NCBI GenBank assembly: GCA_963422375.2
Contig: CAXXKD010000001.1
Location: forward strand, 192,001-256,000
Reading direction: 5' to 3'
DNA from: Bryobacterales bacterium
GTDB taxonomy: Bacteria > Acidobacteriota > Terriglobia > Bryobacterales > UBA6623
Length of the DNA stretch: 64,000 bases
Positions 19,263-29,609 of the stretch are shown here, in pieces. A program made the position numbers and the translations under genes. The notes under the pieces were generated by a model. That model did not search any database and had not been told where the DNA came from. It saw only the letters and a program-made list of their open reading frames with translations. Positions within the stretch are counted from its first letter, which is position 1. Each line of letters opens with the position of its first letter.

Positions 19263-22085
19263 TCAGTCCTCTTTCGTGATCCAGATCGGGCTCGACCAAG
19301 CGACGTTGCCGTCCTCCTGCTCGACCCGCACGTAGTAGTAGTGCTCGCCGGGAGCGAGGGACTGCTCGCGGAACTCGAGCTCCATGCGCTCCCCGTCGCC
19401 CTCCTTGGTGAGGACGTAGGTGTTGTCGCGCACGACGGCGACCTCCTTGATGTCGCTCGTCCCGCGGATGACCGCCGTGACGGTCGGAATCGCCGTCGCC
19501 GTGCCCTCGTCCCCTTGGATCCATTCGCTCTGGCCCGCGCGCAGTCGGTAGTCCAGGATGATGTTGCTCGTCGCGGCGTAGGTGTGTCGCTTGCGCATCG
19601 CGTCCAGCAGGCCCTGCCGGGAGAAGTCGTCGGCAATGACCATCGCGTACGACGTATGGGTGGACACGTGGTCGGAACTCGCCTGGACTCCCAGCTTGTA
19701 GCCCTTCTCCCAGGCGAGCCAGACGAAGCCCTTCGGTCGGAAATTGCCCGCCCACAGGTCGCTGCGTGCCTCCGACGAGGCCAGCGGGGCGCCGTCGTGC
19801 TCGGCCGAGGTTCGCGCGCCTTGGAATATCTCGACGATCGGCTCGAGCGCCGGGTCGTTGTCCCGCCAGTCGGTTCCCATCGTCGTGTGCGAAGTATGCG
19901 AAGTCGCGATGCCGCCCTGCTCGCGCAGCGTGTCGTATAGGAACGGACCGCTGCTCGTGTCCCGCTCCTCCCGCGTGATCAGAATGGGCTTGTTCCCGCG
20001 CTCGGCGTAGATGATGTTGCGGTGCCCGTTCGGGTAGCCCAGGCTGCGCTCGTACCCGAACAGGGTCACGAATCGCCCGGGTACGTGAAACATGTCCTCC
20101 GCCTTCTCCGTGCGCCACCAGCTGTACTCCGTGTCCTGGCGTCCCCACGGGGAACTCGGGTCGCTCGAGCCCTTGTGGTCCGTCACCACGTAGAAGTCCA
20201 TCGCCGCCGCGTCCATCATGTAGCGGAACGAGGTGTACAGGGAACCGTCGCCCGTGCCGTCGAGCGAGATGTCGGTGTGGCGGTGCATGTCGCCGCGGTA
20301 GATCCCGTAGCGCTTACCGCCCGACAGGATCGCGTAGTTGCGGATCGCGGCCACCTGCTCGGCTTCGCGAGCCTCTAGCGGCAGCATGGCGGGGCGCTCG
20401 CGGCCGCGCGGCCCGAGCAGCGCCGGATTGACGCGCTCGCCCCGGAACTGGCCGGACAGCTCGGCGAAGAACACCTGGTTGTCTCTCGGATAGTGGCCGA
20501 AGTTCGGGCCGCCCCAGAGCTTCTGGTCCGTCGTCCACGACGCGTACAGCTCGCCTCGGGGCCCGGCGACCGCGTCGCTCGGGCCCTCGTTGCGGCCCAC
20601 GCTGTTCGGAATCCGGAACGGATGGGCCCACTGGCCGCCCGCGTAGTACGTCGCCATCACCTCCCACTTGCCGCCTGCCGCCCACAGCGATTCGGGCTTG
20701 GTGGCGCGGACGCGGGGGCGCAGGACGAGCCACATGCGGCCCTTGCTGTCGGGGGCCAGCAGCGGACTCTGGACGTACCGCCGCACGCTCGGCCGGAAGC
20801 GGCGGTTGACGTCGTCGAGCGGCTCCAGCCACTCCCCGCCGCTCCAGACGACGACCCTGCTGGTGCGCGACTGGTAAATGCCGGCCCCGCCCCGCAGGAG
20901 GAAGCCGGTGTCCTTGCCCCAGTTCTCTTCCGACTCGTCGTACGCGATCCATACGCGGTCCTCGGCGTCGACCGCGATGCTGGGGGAGCCGTGGTAGCGC
21001 GGCGTGTCGGTCACCCGCAGCAGGTCGCCGGGCCGGTCCTCGCGCACGGACCGCAGGCGGATGTTGTAGCTGCCGCCCTCGTAGCTGTCCCAAGCCACCC
21101 AGGACGCCCCGCTGGAGTCCGCGGCGATGGCTGGGTACCATTCGTTGGCCGCTGCTCCGGGATGGCTCAGGCGGACCTCGTCGGACCACGCCGAGCCGTC
21201 GAACGACTTGTAGTAGATCGCGGAGAAGCCGCGCCGCGCCGCCTGCCACGCCAGATGCAGCCGGCCGTGCCGGTCGCTGGCGAGTGCGGGGAAGATGTTG
21301 TTGCCCGGCCCGGACGTCACGGCCTGCGGCGCGCTCCACGCCCCGCCGGACCGCCGGGAATGCATGATGTGCCAGTCCCCACCGTGCCGCCTGGCCCAGA
21401 CAAGCTCCAACGTGCCGTCGCGGCCGTAGGCGGTGTCCAGTCCCTGCAGGTCGCCGGCGGCGCCTTGCACGGTCTCGATCGCGCCCCATGCCCCGTCCGA
21501 GCGGTCGCGCGCGAACACCTGGTCGCTCTCGTTCCGGTACCCGATCCAGGCTAGGGACAGGGTGCCGTCGTCCGACATGGCCATCGCCGGGTAGTCGTCC
21601 TCGTACTCGTCCGTGGTCACCGCCTCCACGGGCGGCACGCGCCGCACCTCGACCTTCGTCGACAGGATGTGCATCGAGTCCGACGGCGGCAGATCGGCCG
21701 GCTTGAAGAAAAAGTCCCCGTTGGCCGTCTTGACGCTGACCGTCGCGTCTTCGGGCGCGCGGTAGTACAGCGTCACGCCGACCGTCTGGACTCGTGTGAC
21801 GTGGGGGAACGGCAGTTCGTGCGGGTGCATGCCGCCGGTCGGGCGGACCCACGGGTCCGTACGGGCCACCCACGAGTGGTCCGGCCCGATCGATTCGCCC
21901 TCCTTGAACCGGTATCCCCGGAGGTCGACGATCTCCCCCTTGTCGATTTCGAGCGAGCCGTCCCAGACCTGGGGCTCGGCATCCTTGATCCCGAACTCGA
22001 TGTTGAGTGCCCGCACGGGGCGCTCTCGGCCGGGGCTGGCCGCGGGGAGCAGCAGCAGAGGCAGAAGCGTTGCGAGGAGTCTCAT
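19263..22085 (-). CDS. Large secreted protein: beta-propeller-like repeats plus C-terminal PHP-type metallohydrolase (DUF3604/CehA-like)
   Basis: Signal peptide; repeated YPA..D..G...AW units; GDMHRHT, TDH, GHRN, HTSH, ASSDH, AWSSPIW. Confidence 0.75.
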   Translation of the reverse strand: MRLLATLLPLLLLPAASPGRERPVRALNIEFGIKDAEPQVWDGSLEIDKGEIVDLRGYRFKEGESIGPDHSWVARTDPWVRPTGGMHPHELPFPHVTRVQTVGVTLYYRAPEDATVSVKTANGDFFFKPADLPPSDSMHILSTKVEVRRVPPVEAVTTDEYEDDYPAMAMSDDGTLSLAWIGYRNESDQVFARDRSDGAWGAIETVQGAAGDLQGLDTAYGRDGTLELVWARRHGGDWHIMHSRRSGGAWSAPQAVTSGPGNNIFPALASDRHGRLHLAWQAARRGFSAIYYKSFDGSAWSDEVRLSHPGAAANEWYPAIAADSSGASWVAWDSYEGGSYNIRLRSVREDRPGDLLRVTDTPRYHGSPSIAVDAEDRVWIAYDESEENWGKDTGFLLRGGAGIYQSRTSRVVVWSGGEWLEPLDDVNRRFRPSVRRYVQSPLLAPDSKGRMWLVLRPRVRATKPESLWAAGGKWEVMATYYAGGQWAHPFRIPNSVGRNEGPSDAVAGPRGELYASWTTDQKLWGGPNFGHYPRDNQVFFAELSGQFRGERVNPALLGPRGRERPAMLPLEAREAEQVAAIRNYAILSGGKRYGIYRGDMHRHTDISLDGTGDGSLYTSFRYMMDAAAMDFYVVTDHKGSSDPSSPWGRQDTEYSWWRTEKAEDMFHVPGRFVTLFGYERSLGYPNGHRNIIYAERGNKPILITREERDTSSGPFLYDTLREQGGIATSHTSHTTMGTDWRDNDPALEPIVEIFQGARTSAEHDGAPLASSEARSDLWAGNFRPKGFVWLAWEKGYKLGVQASSDHVSTHTSYAMVIADDFSRQGLLDAMRKRHTYAATSNIILDYRLRAGQSEWIQGDEGTATAIPTVTAVIRGTSDIKEVAVVRDNTYVLTKEGDGERMELEFREQSLAPGEHYYYVRVEQEDGNVAWSSPIWITKED

Positions 22086-22171
22086 CGCCGTCCCATTATC
22101 CACGGGCATATCCGGAGCCCGAGCCGGCCCGAGGTTGACGTGGGGCGGGCGGTCGTCCTATCCTGCGGTGG

Positions 22172-22957
22172 ATGCACAGGGGCATCGCGGCGCTGCTGGC
22201 GGCCGGGCTGGCCGTCGCGCAGGGCCAGGAACTGGAGAGCAGCCCGTTCCACGGCGACGAGGCGTCGACCGGCGTCGGCCAGGCGAGCTTCCGCCTGCGC
22301 TGCTCGGCCTGCCACGGCATCCATGCCGAAGGCGGTCGCGGGCCGGCCCTGAACCGGGGCGAGTTCGAGGCCGGCGACACGGACCTGGCGATCTATCGCG
22401 TAATCGCGAACGGCGTGCCGGGGACCGAGATGCCTGCCTTCGGCGCCCGCAGCACCGAGGAGAACATCTGGCGGATGGTCGCCTACCTGCGGACCTTCGC
22501 GGCCCGCGACGACGAGGTGCTTGGCGGGGATCCGGCGCAGGGCGAGGAGCTGTTCTGGAATCGGGGCGGCTGCGGCGGCTGCCATCGAGTCGGCCAGCTG
22601 GGCGGGCTCTTCGGCCCCTCCCTCACGCGCATCGGTCGCGCTCGCAGCGCCGCGTACTTGCGCGACGCGCTGCTGGATCCGCAGAAGGATCTCCCGCCCG
22701 GCTACTACGTAGTGAGGGTCGTCAGGCGCGACGGGCGCGCTGTGCAGGGCATCGGGCGGGGCTTCGACGATTTCTCGGCGCAGCTGATCGACGCGTCGGG
22801 CCGGTTCCATTCGTATCTCCGGGAGGAGGTGGCCTCGGTCGAGCGGGAGTTCGTGTCGCTCATGCCCGCCACCTACGGCGACATCCTGACCGAGGAGCAG
22901 CAACGGAGCCTGCTCGCCTACATGCGGAGCCTGCGCGGCCAAGGAGACCGACGGTGA
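22172..22957 (+). CDS. Periplasmic diheme c-type cytochrome
   Basis: Signal peptide; CSACH and CGGCH, each with a distal Met (EMP, LMP). Confidence 0.9.
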   Translation: MHRGIAALLAAGLAVAQGQELESSPFHGDEASTGVGQASFRLRCSACHGIHAEGGRGPALNRGEFEAGDTDLAIYRVIANGVPGTEMPAFGARSTEENIWRMVAYLRTFAARDDEVLGGDPAQGEELFWNRGGCGGCHRVGQLGGLFGPSLTRIGRARSAAYLRDALLDPQKDLPPGYYVVRVVRRDGRAVQGIGRGFDDFSAQLIDASGRFHSYLREEVASVEREFVSLMPATYGDILTEEQQRSLLAYMRSLRGQGDRR

Positions 22958-24576
22958 AGGTGGCATTGAGCATTGGCATCCTGCTTGCGGGCGGCCTGTC
23001 GGCCCAGGGACCGGTGGACGCGGTCGCGCTGCTCGGCTCCCAGGGAGACAACGAGTCCTGGCTGATGTACGGCCGCAACTATTCCGCGTGGCGCTACTCG
23101 CCCTTGGACGAGATCAGCGCCGAGAACGTTGGCCGGATCGTCCCGGCGTGGATCTTCCAGTCGAACGTCCCCGGCAAGTTCCAGACCACCCCGCTGGTTC
23201 GGGACGGCGTCATGTACGTTACGGGCCCGTCGAACCACGCCTGGGCTTTGGACCTGAGGACCGGCCGCCAGCTGTGGCACTACTCCGAGCCGGTCCCGCC
23301 CGACTTGGCGCTGTGCTGCGGGCAGCCCAACCGAGGCTTCGCCATGCTCGGCGAGCGCCTCTACAAGGTCAACGCGCAGGCCACCTTGGTCGCCCTCGAT
23401 GCGAAGACGGGCGAAGTGATCTGGGAGGTCGAGTCCGCCGACTACCGCAAGGGCTATTCCAACACGGTGGCCCCGCTGATCGTCGGCGACAAGGTCGTGG
23501 TCGGCATCGCGGGAGCCGAGTTCGGGACCCGCGACTTCATTGACGCCTACGACGCCGCGACGGGCCGGCGGGCGTGGCGGTTCTGGACGGTGCCTGGCCC
23601 TGGCGACCCCGGCAACGAGACTTGGGGCGGCGATTCTTGGAAGCGCGGCGGGGCGTCCACGTGGATCACGGGAAGCTACGACCCGGAGCTGAACCTGATC
23701 TACTGGGGCACCGGGAATCCCGGGCCCGACTTGGACGGCGCCCCGCGTCCAGGCGACAACCTCTACAGCGATTCCATGCTCGCGTTGGACGCGGACACCG
23801 GCGAGCTACGTTGGCATTTCCAGTTCACGCCGCACGACGTTCACGACTGGGACGCGGTTGCCGACCCGGTGCTGGTGGACGTCGAGGTCGACGGCAGGCC
23901 TCGCAGGGCTCTGGTGCATGCCAACCGGAACGGGCACTTCTATGCGCTCGACCGCGCTACCGGCGAGTTCCTTTTCGCCCGCGCCTACACCGAGGTCAAC
24001 TGGGCCGACGGCATCGGGCCGGACGGGCGCCCGATCCTCATCCCGGGCCGGACGCCCACCGACGAGGGCACGCTGACGTGCCCCGGCATGGGCGGCGGCC
24101 ACAACTGGCACGCGACGAGCTACAGCCCCGGGACGGGCTTGTACTACTTCAACAGCGGCGACGGCTGCCAGATCTACCACGGGGCCACCCAGGACTTCGT
24201 GGAAGGCGAGTTCTATCTCGGCAGCGCGATGGAGAACGTGACCGGCCAGCCGCGAGAGGGCTCGATCATCGCGTTGGACCCGGCAACGGGCGACCAGCGC
24301 TGGCGCTTTCCGCTAGTGAGCCCGCCGACGAGCGGCATGCTCTCGACGGGGGGCGGCCTGCTGTTCGCCGGCACGGCCGAGGGCTACTTCATGGCGCTCG
24401 ACGCGGCGACCGGCAAGCCCCTGTGGCGCTTGCAGGCGGGAGGCGCCGTGCGGGCCCCGGCGGTCACCTACCGCTTCGACGGGCGGCAGTACGTCGCCAC
24501 GGCCGCGGGCACTGCGATCTTCGCGTTCCGGCTGCCGCGCCGAGTCCCTCTCGAGCCGGCATCCGAGACCCCGTAG
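22954..24576 (+). CDS. PQQ-dependent dehydrogenase, methanol/ethanol family
   Basis: GTG overlaps the cytochrome stop; WLMYGRNY, LCCG, NRG, GAEFG, WGTGNP, PHDVHDWD, GGHNW. Confidence 0.93.
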   Translation: MKVALSIGILLAGGLSAQGPVDAVALLGSQGDNESWLMYGRNYSAWRYSPLDEISAENVGRIVPAWIFQSNVPGKFQTTPLVRDGVMYVTGPSNHAWALDLRTGRQLWHYSEPVPPDLALCCGQPNRGFAMLGERLYKVNAQATLVALDAKTGEVIWEVESADYRKGYSNTVAPLIVGDKVVVGIAGAEFGTRDFIDAYDAATGRRAWRFWTVPGPGDPGNETWGGDSWKRGGASTWITGSYDPELNLIYWGTGNPGPDLDGAPRPGDNLYSDSMLALDADTGELRWHFQFTPHDVHDWDAVADPVLVDVEVDGRPRRALVHANRNGHFYALDRATGEFLFARAYTEVNWADGIGPDGRPILIPGRTPTDEGTLTCPGMGGGHNWHATSYSPGTGLYYFNSGDGCQIYHGATQDFVEGEFYLGSAMENVTGQPREGSIIALDPATGDQRWRFPLVSPPTSGMLSTGGGLLFAGTAEGYFMALDAATGKPLWRLQAGGAVRAPAVTYRFDGRQYVATAAGTAIFAFRLPRRVPLEPASETP

Positions 24577-24666
24577 GCTAGGGAATGGTGCTTCGCGCCT
24601 CGTGCAATGCGAGGCCGGGCTAAGTTTGGGCTTGGCGGGGGCAATGTAGGCGCGGGAGGGAATGAC

Positions 24667-25497
24667 ATGAACACGGATCTTCAAAGCGAATCTCTGGGCG
24701 ACGTGGTCCAACGCACGGTCGGAGTCAGTGTGACCTTGGTCGTCGCGGGGGTGGTGGCGCTCGTCATCCTGTACAACTCGTTCCAAGTGGTCGGTGCAGG
24801 CGAGCGAGGCGTGGTGTTTTCGAAGTTCGGCGGCGTCCAGGAGGGCGTGCGCGGCGAGGGGCTGCAGTTCAAGATCCCGCTCATCCAGGCGATCATTCCG
24901 ATAGACGTGCGGATCCAAAAGTCGGAAACCGACGCTTCCGCGTCGTCCAAGGACCTGCAGACCGTTCATTCGCGCATCGCGCTCAACTACCACATCTCAC
25001 CCGAGGAGGCCTGGCGTATCTACCAGGACGTCGGCACGTTGTACATGCAGCGCCTGATCGATCCGTCCGTGCAGGAGGCCGTCAAGGCCGCTACGGCCCA
25101 GTTCACAGCGGAGGAACTAATCACCCGGCGCGGCGAGGTCTCGGCGCGGATCAAGGACATGCTCACGGAGCGGCTGGTGCCGCACAACATCATCGTGGAC
25201 GAATTCAACATCGTCGACTTCAACTTCTCGGATGTATTCAACCAAGCGATCGAGGCGAAGCAGACGGCCGAGCAGGAGGCGCTCAAGGCGCAGCGCGACC
25301 TAGACCGGATCAAGATCGAGGCGGAACAGACGATCACCGCGGCGCGGGCGGAGGCCGAGTCTCAGCGGCTCCAGCGCGAGACGATCACGGATACGATCCT
25401 GCAGCTGCGGGCGATCGAGAAGTGGGATGGCGTCCTGCCCCAGGTCACGGGAGGCACCGTGCCGTTCATCAACGTCGGAGCGACGGGCCAGCGCTAG
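24667..25497 (+). CDS. Prohibitin/SPFH (band 7) membrane protein
   Basis: N-terminal TM; GERGV, SKDLQ, TAEELITRR, AIEAKQ.AEQ, IEKWDG. Confidence 0.92.
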   Translation: MNTDLQSESLGDVVQRTVGVSVTLVVAGVVALVILYNSFQVVGAGERGVVFSKFGGVQEGVRGEGLQFKIPLIQAIIPIDVRIQKSETDASASSKDLQTVHSRIALNYHISPEEAWRIYQDVGTLYMQRLIDPSVQEAVKAATAQFTAEELITRRGEVSARIKDMLTERLVPHNIIVDEFNIVDFNFSDVFNQAIEAKQTAEQEALKAQRDLDRIKIEAEQTITAARAEAESQRLQRETITDTILQLRAIEKWDGVLPQVTGGTVPFINVGATGQR

Positions 25498-25804
25498 GGA
25501 TTCCCGGCTGGAGTGCCTCAGCCGGAGCGGATCTGGCGCCGTCGGCAGCGGCGACGGCTTGCTGCCGGCCCGGATACCGCGGGACTTTGTGCGCACCGTC
25601 CAAGTGGGCGGTGGCGGAGCGGTGCCACGCGAGCCGCCGTGCAGGTCAGCTTCCGGGTCAGGGAAGCGAGGGCCGAAGGTCGGCTTCGCGAAGGGCCGCC
25701 GTGCGAGGACGGGCCGACCTCGCCTTGCAGCCGGTCCGCGGGGTCATCGAAGCGGCCCGCGGGGAGGCTGCTCGCGTCCAAGCCGTCACCCCGGCCCGCC
25801 GACT

Positions 25805-27095
25805 CTAGCTGATCTTCGACAGTTTGAAATTGTAAGTATTGGTGCTTCAACAACTTAGGAGCTGCAGCAGGGGCGAATTAGCACCACGCCGGTGACCGCC
25901 GGGTGCCATCGCACGGGGTTTGTGGTCAGCTTGGTCCCTTCAGACGACCGGGATGCCCCGCCTCCATTCAGACGGCCAGGTCGCTGCCCTCTTCCCGGCG
26001 CAGTATCGGCGGCAGGCGCGCTCCCACGCAGCTCAGCGCCCGCTTCACCGCCTCGCTCGCCTCCGTGCGCAACCATCATCTCCTGCAACCGCGCCAAGCC
26101 CCGTATTAGGTCCGCCCATTCCACCGCCGCGCCGACCTCCCGCAGGCGCCGCTGCAGGTCCTGCCTCAGCACCAAGGCCAGGAACGAGCGGAACACGTGC
26201 CCCCGAATCGCCTCGTCCGTGCGGTGGAACACCGGGCGCGTGCGCAGCAGCGACTTCGACTCGCGGAAGCAGCGCTCTACGCGCCACAGCTCCTTGTACT
26301 TCAAGGCCGCCTCGGTGGCTCCTAGCGGGGCCTTGACGCGCAGCGCCCACACCCCGTCGAAGCGCTCCTCGTCGGCGATGCGGTCCTCGTCGATGCGGAA
26401 GCCCCGGCCCCCCTCGCCCTCGTCCTCGGCCGGATAGCGCCGGAAGCCGCGATTCCCCGCCAAGCGCTTGGCGCCGGCGCCGAGACGCTCGCGCAGCTTC
26501 GCCACGGTCTCCTCGCGCACCGCGCGATCGCGACGCGCCTGTCGCTCGTTGCGACACACCACGTAGCGCCGCCCGGCGGGCCCTGATCATCCCGCACCGC
26601 CACTTCCCGCACCGGCCCGCCCAGCCAGGCCATCGCGCGGTACAGGTGCTGCAGTTCCAGCGCGGAGGCCCCCGCGACGGCTTGGTCGGCCTTCCAGTCG
26701 ATGGCGCTGCGGTCGGAGCCCGGAGCGAGCAGGCGGTGCAGGACCGCGAGGAACACGGCGCGCTCGGCATCGAAGCGGAAGCGGCGACCGCGCAGGGCCG
26801 CGCGCAGGGCCCCCTGGCAGCCGGTGAGTTGCCACACGCGCTCGAAGACGAGCGCGGGGCCGGTCACGCGGCAGGGGAGGCCCTCGGCCGGCGTCTCGCG
26901 CTCGGCCAGCACCGCGGCGTGGCGCGAGAGGCGCGCCCCGGACACGAGCAGGCGGTCGAGCGCGCCGCTGTCCCGGAGCCGGTCGAGTCGCCCGAGAGAG
27001 GCGAGGATCTTCCGGCGCACCTTGGAGCCGTCGCGGGAGTTCTCGACGAGCTGCACGTAGGTGTGGTTGCCGACCTTCTTGGATCGCAGGAACAT
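25805..27095 (-). mobile_element. IS1634-family remnant: transposase pseudogene with large internal deletion and frameshift
   Basis: MFLRSKKVGNHTYVQLVEN..LGRLD, HLYRAMAWLG, then directly ..YVVCRN, YKELWRVERCFR..K..LRTRP..IRGHV; central DDE region absent; putative end CTAGCTGATCTTCGACAG at 25805. Confidence 0.85.
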
Positions 27096-27224
27096 CGCCC
27101 TCAATCGCAGCACTACGGAAAGCGACCGGTCAAGCCCGTGTTCGTGATTCCTCCGAAGGTGCCGGGAACTCCTGCGGGTGCCCGGCCGGACAACTGCATG
27201 AGGTAGTAACTTGCTCGGATAGTT

Positions 27225-27752
27225 CTATATCCAGGACGGCACCGCGAGATCACGGCTTCCTCCGGCGCACTCGGAAAACGGGCCGCTTCCTAGCACGGGA
27301 TGGCGATCGAAGTCATTCCGTGGCACTACATTAACTTCGCCGCGGGCAGGATCCGGCCCGCAAGCCGTCGGGATCCGTCTAGGATGCATACGGATATTAC
27401 CACAATATATGGGACTACTCGGAAGAGACACCACGTCATCTAGACATCGGAGTCGGTGAAGCTCATCTTGCGGGGCGCGCCGGCGTCGGGCCGCGGCTCG
27501 TCGTCCTCGCCAAACTGTTCGTCGTACAATCCCAGGTCGGGCTCCTCTGTCTCGCTTCGTCGCGCAGGGCGACGGCCGGACGATGTGGTAGTGGTTATAG
27601 CCGAGGCCAGTGCCCGGAATGCCGGCCGAGGCCCGCGCTCCTCGCGGGCCGATCGTCAGACCCGCACCCCGAACGCCGGCCGTCAAGGACGGCCCCGACT
27701 TGCTGAGGTTCACCGTGAGACCCGGCACGATCGGAATTCTCCGAAAGAAGCT
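27225..27752 (-). pseudogene. DUF4236-domain protein remnant
   Basis: SFFRRIPIVPGLTVNLSKSGPSLTAGVRGAGLTIGPRGARASAGIPGTGLGY; native start replaced by an IS-end sequence; C-terminus looks degenerate. Confidence 0.7.
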
Positions 27753-27897
27753 CAGCCGCCAATCGCGAAGATTTCCACGCTCTACCCAGAATTGGCAGGA
27801 TTTCGGACTAGTCGTAGCATTCCAGTGAAATCTTCGCCTTGAGAGATTGGACCTAACGTCCTTGTTGTCAAAGGGATACGAGTTTTGTCACAGGCAC
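27750..27897 (-). mobile_element. Partial MITE / ISNCY left-end fragment
   Basis: Reverse complement of about 58097-58245; terminal GTGCCTGTGACAAAACTC flanked by TATATA (27898-27903). Confidence 0.85.
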
Positions 27898-28119
27898 TAT
27901 ATAGGGCGGTGGAAGTCGCGATGCCCGCGGGGTCACTTCTGGTCCCGAGACAGCGGCGACGGAACATGACGTGGGTACCGGGATGCACCCAAGCGGGGGA
28001 ATCGCGCGCCCGGAGCGGGTCGGGCGGCCCTCGAGAGAAACCTCGAGATGCCGCTGTAGTCGGTCCCGCGCGAAGGAGGAGGCGGAGTGCCGTCGGGCCT
28101 GTGACCTTCGGTTCGACTT

Positions 28120-28581
28120 GTGGTGAGGGAGCGTCAATTTGTTCCGAGCGACGAAGTGGCTTGGACGAGGAACGACACGGGCGCGACGGAAGGCACCATC
28201 GCGGAGACGACCGAGATGTCCTGGGATCTCGTGCGCTTAAGCTCTGACGCATGATCTCGGGTCCAAGCGAACCGGAATGCGGTGGGCGCCCTGCTTGACC
28301 CAAATGAAGTGGCTCGGAAAGGGAAGCTCTTGAGGACGGCGACGGAGCGTGAGGATATACCGGGGCGCAAGGAGAGGCGACCCAAGTATCCGGCAGAGGA
28401 GTCGGTGATCAACATCCTGAAATGGCAGGCATTGGACCGGTTGATGAAATGAAATCCAGTCGAGTCTAAGCGAGTAGAAGGTCTAGAAATTCTTGCGGTT
28501 CGTAAGAATCGAGTAAGACCGATGCTCAGAGTCAGAGAGCGCATAAATCTGAACGAGTTTCGCCTGAAGGAGGCAGCGTAG
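28120..28581 (+). pseudogene. Possible decayed gene in a lower-GC patch (family uncertain)
   Basis: One frame reads protein-like to ..LKEAA* with in-frame TGA at 28252 and 28450. Confidence 0.25.
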
Positions 28582-29609
28582 CGGCCCGATCTAGCTCAGA
28601 GATTCGAATGAATTCGGCCCCTAGACGAGATAGAATGAAATATATGGATTGGAGAGTGACAGTGAGTAACCAAAGAATTCACAAGAGAACGAATTTCGGC
28701 CGAAATCTCAAGCACCTCTTTCCTTGGTGTTGTTTGAATTCGTTGCGTGAAGCCGATTCTGCGAGATTCCAAGAGTACCTATGAATTCAAGACTCATATT
28801 GTCTAGGGGTGACACTGCCCTGATGATGGCGTTCCATCAAGAGGCTTGGGAACGTCTTCTCCAATGATCAATTTTCTGAGAGTTTCGTCCAATCGTTATA
28901 CTCTGCGACACTACGACTGATCGTCTCTCCTGCGTGAGCATCGTGCGAGATCTCGTCAATTGAGGCGAGGTCGTTCTCTACGACCTATCTTCGTAGATGA
29001 CAAGCTGTGAGTGGGCAGTCGGGGGGCTTCCCTTGGTCCTGCACTCGTATAATCCTGCCAAATCCATTATTGCCCGCATGGTCCGGTGTTCAACATCCCG
29101 TGGTCGTCTGACTAGCGATGTCGCTATATGGGACGGCTCCGACGGACCGCGAGAAGCCCACGGGCCGCAAGCGGCCCCGGCCCGGATGAGCACGGACCGG
29201 TCTCGCCGCCGTTGAGGCGCGTGACACTCCGTCCGACGGCCAGCATGAAGGCTCCAGCCGAGTGGACCCGCCTCACTAGCGCGACATGACAAATGAAACG
29301 GGCGGCATTCCGCCGATCCCGGAGACTGCTTGTGAAATCACTCAGTGCGTCACGAGTAGTTTCAGACACCTGTCCTCCATATGCGCATGCGTCACAGAGA
29401 CGTACAAGATGTAGACAGGATAGTGCCACCCCTTGGAGAAGACTCTTGACGCTTTGAGTAACGATTTTCGGCTGGTCCGGGACTCGCTCCGGCCCTCGAC
29501 CGCGGGATGTCTGAGCCCTGCTCTCCGCGTGCCAGTGTTGCTCCCGGGGAATCGCCTTTCAAGACGGGGAAGCTCGGCCTCGTGGCCGCTTCGGAAATTG
29601 GCGTCCCCC

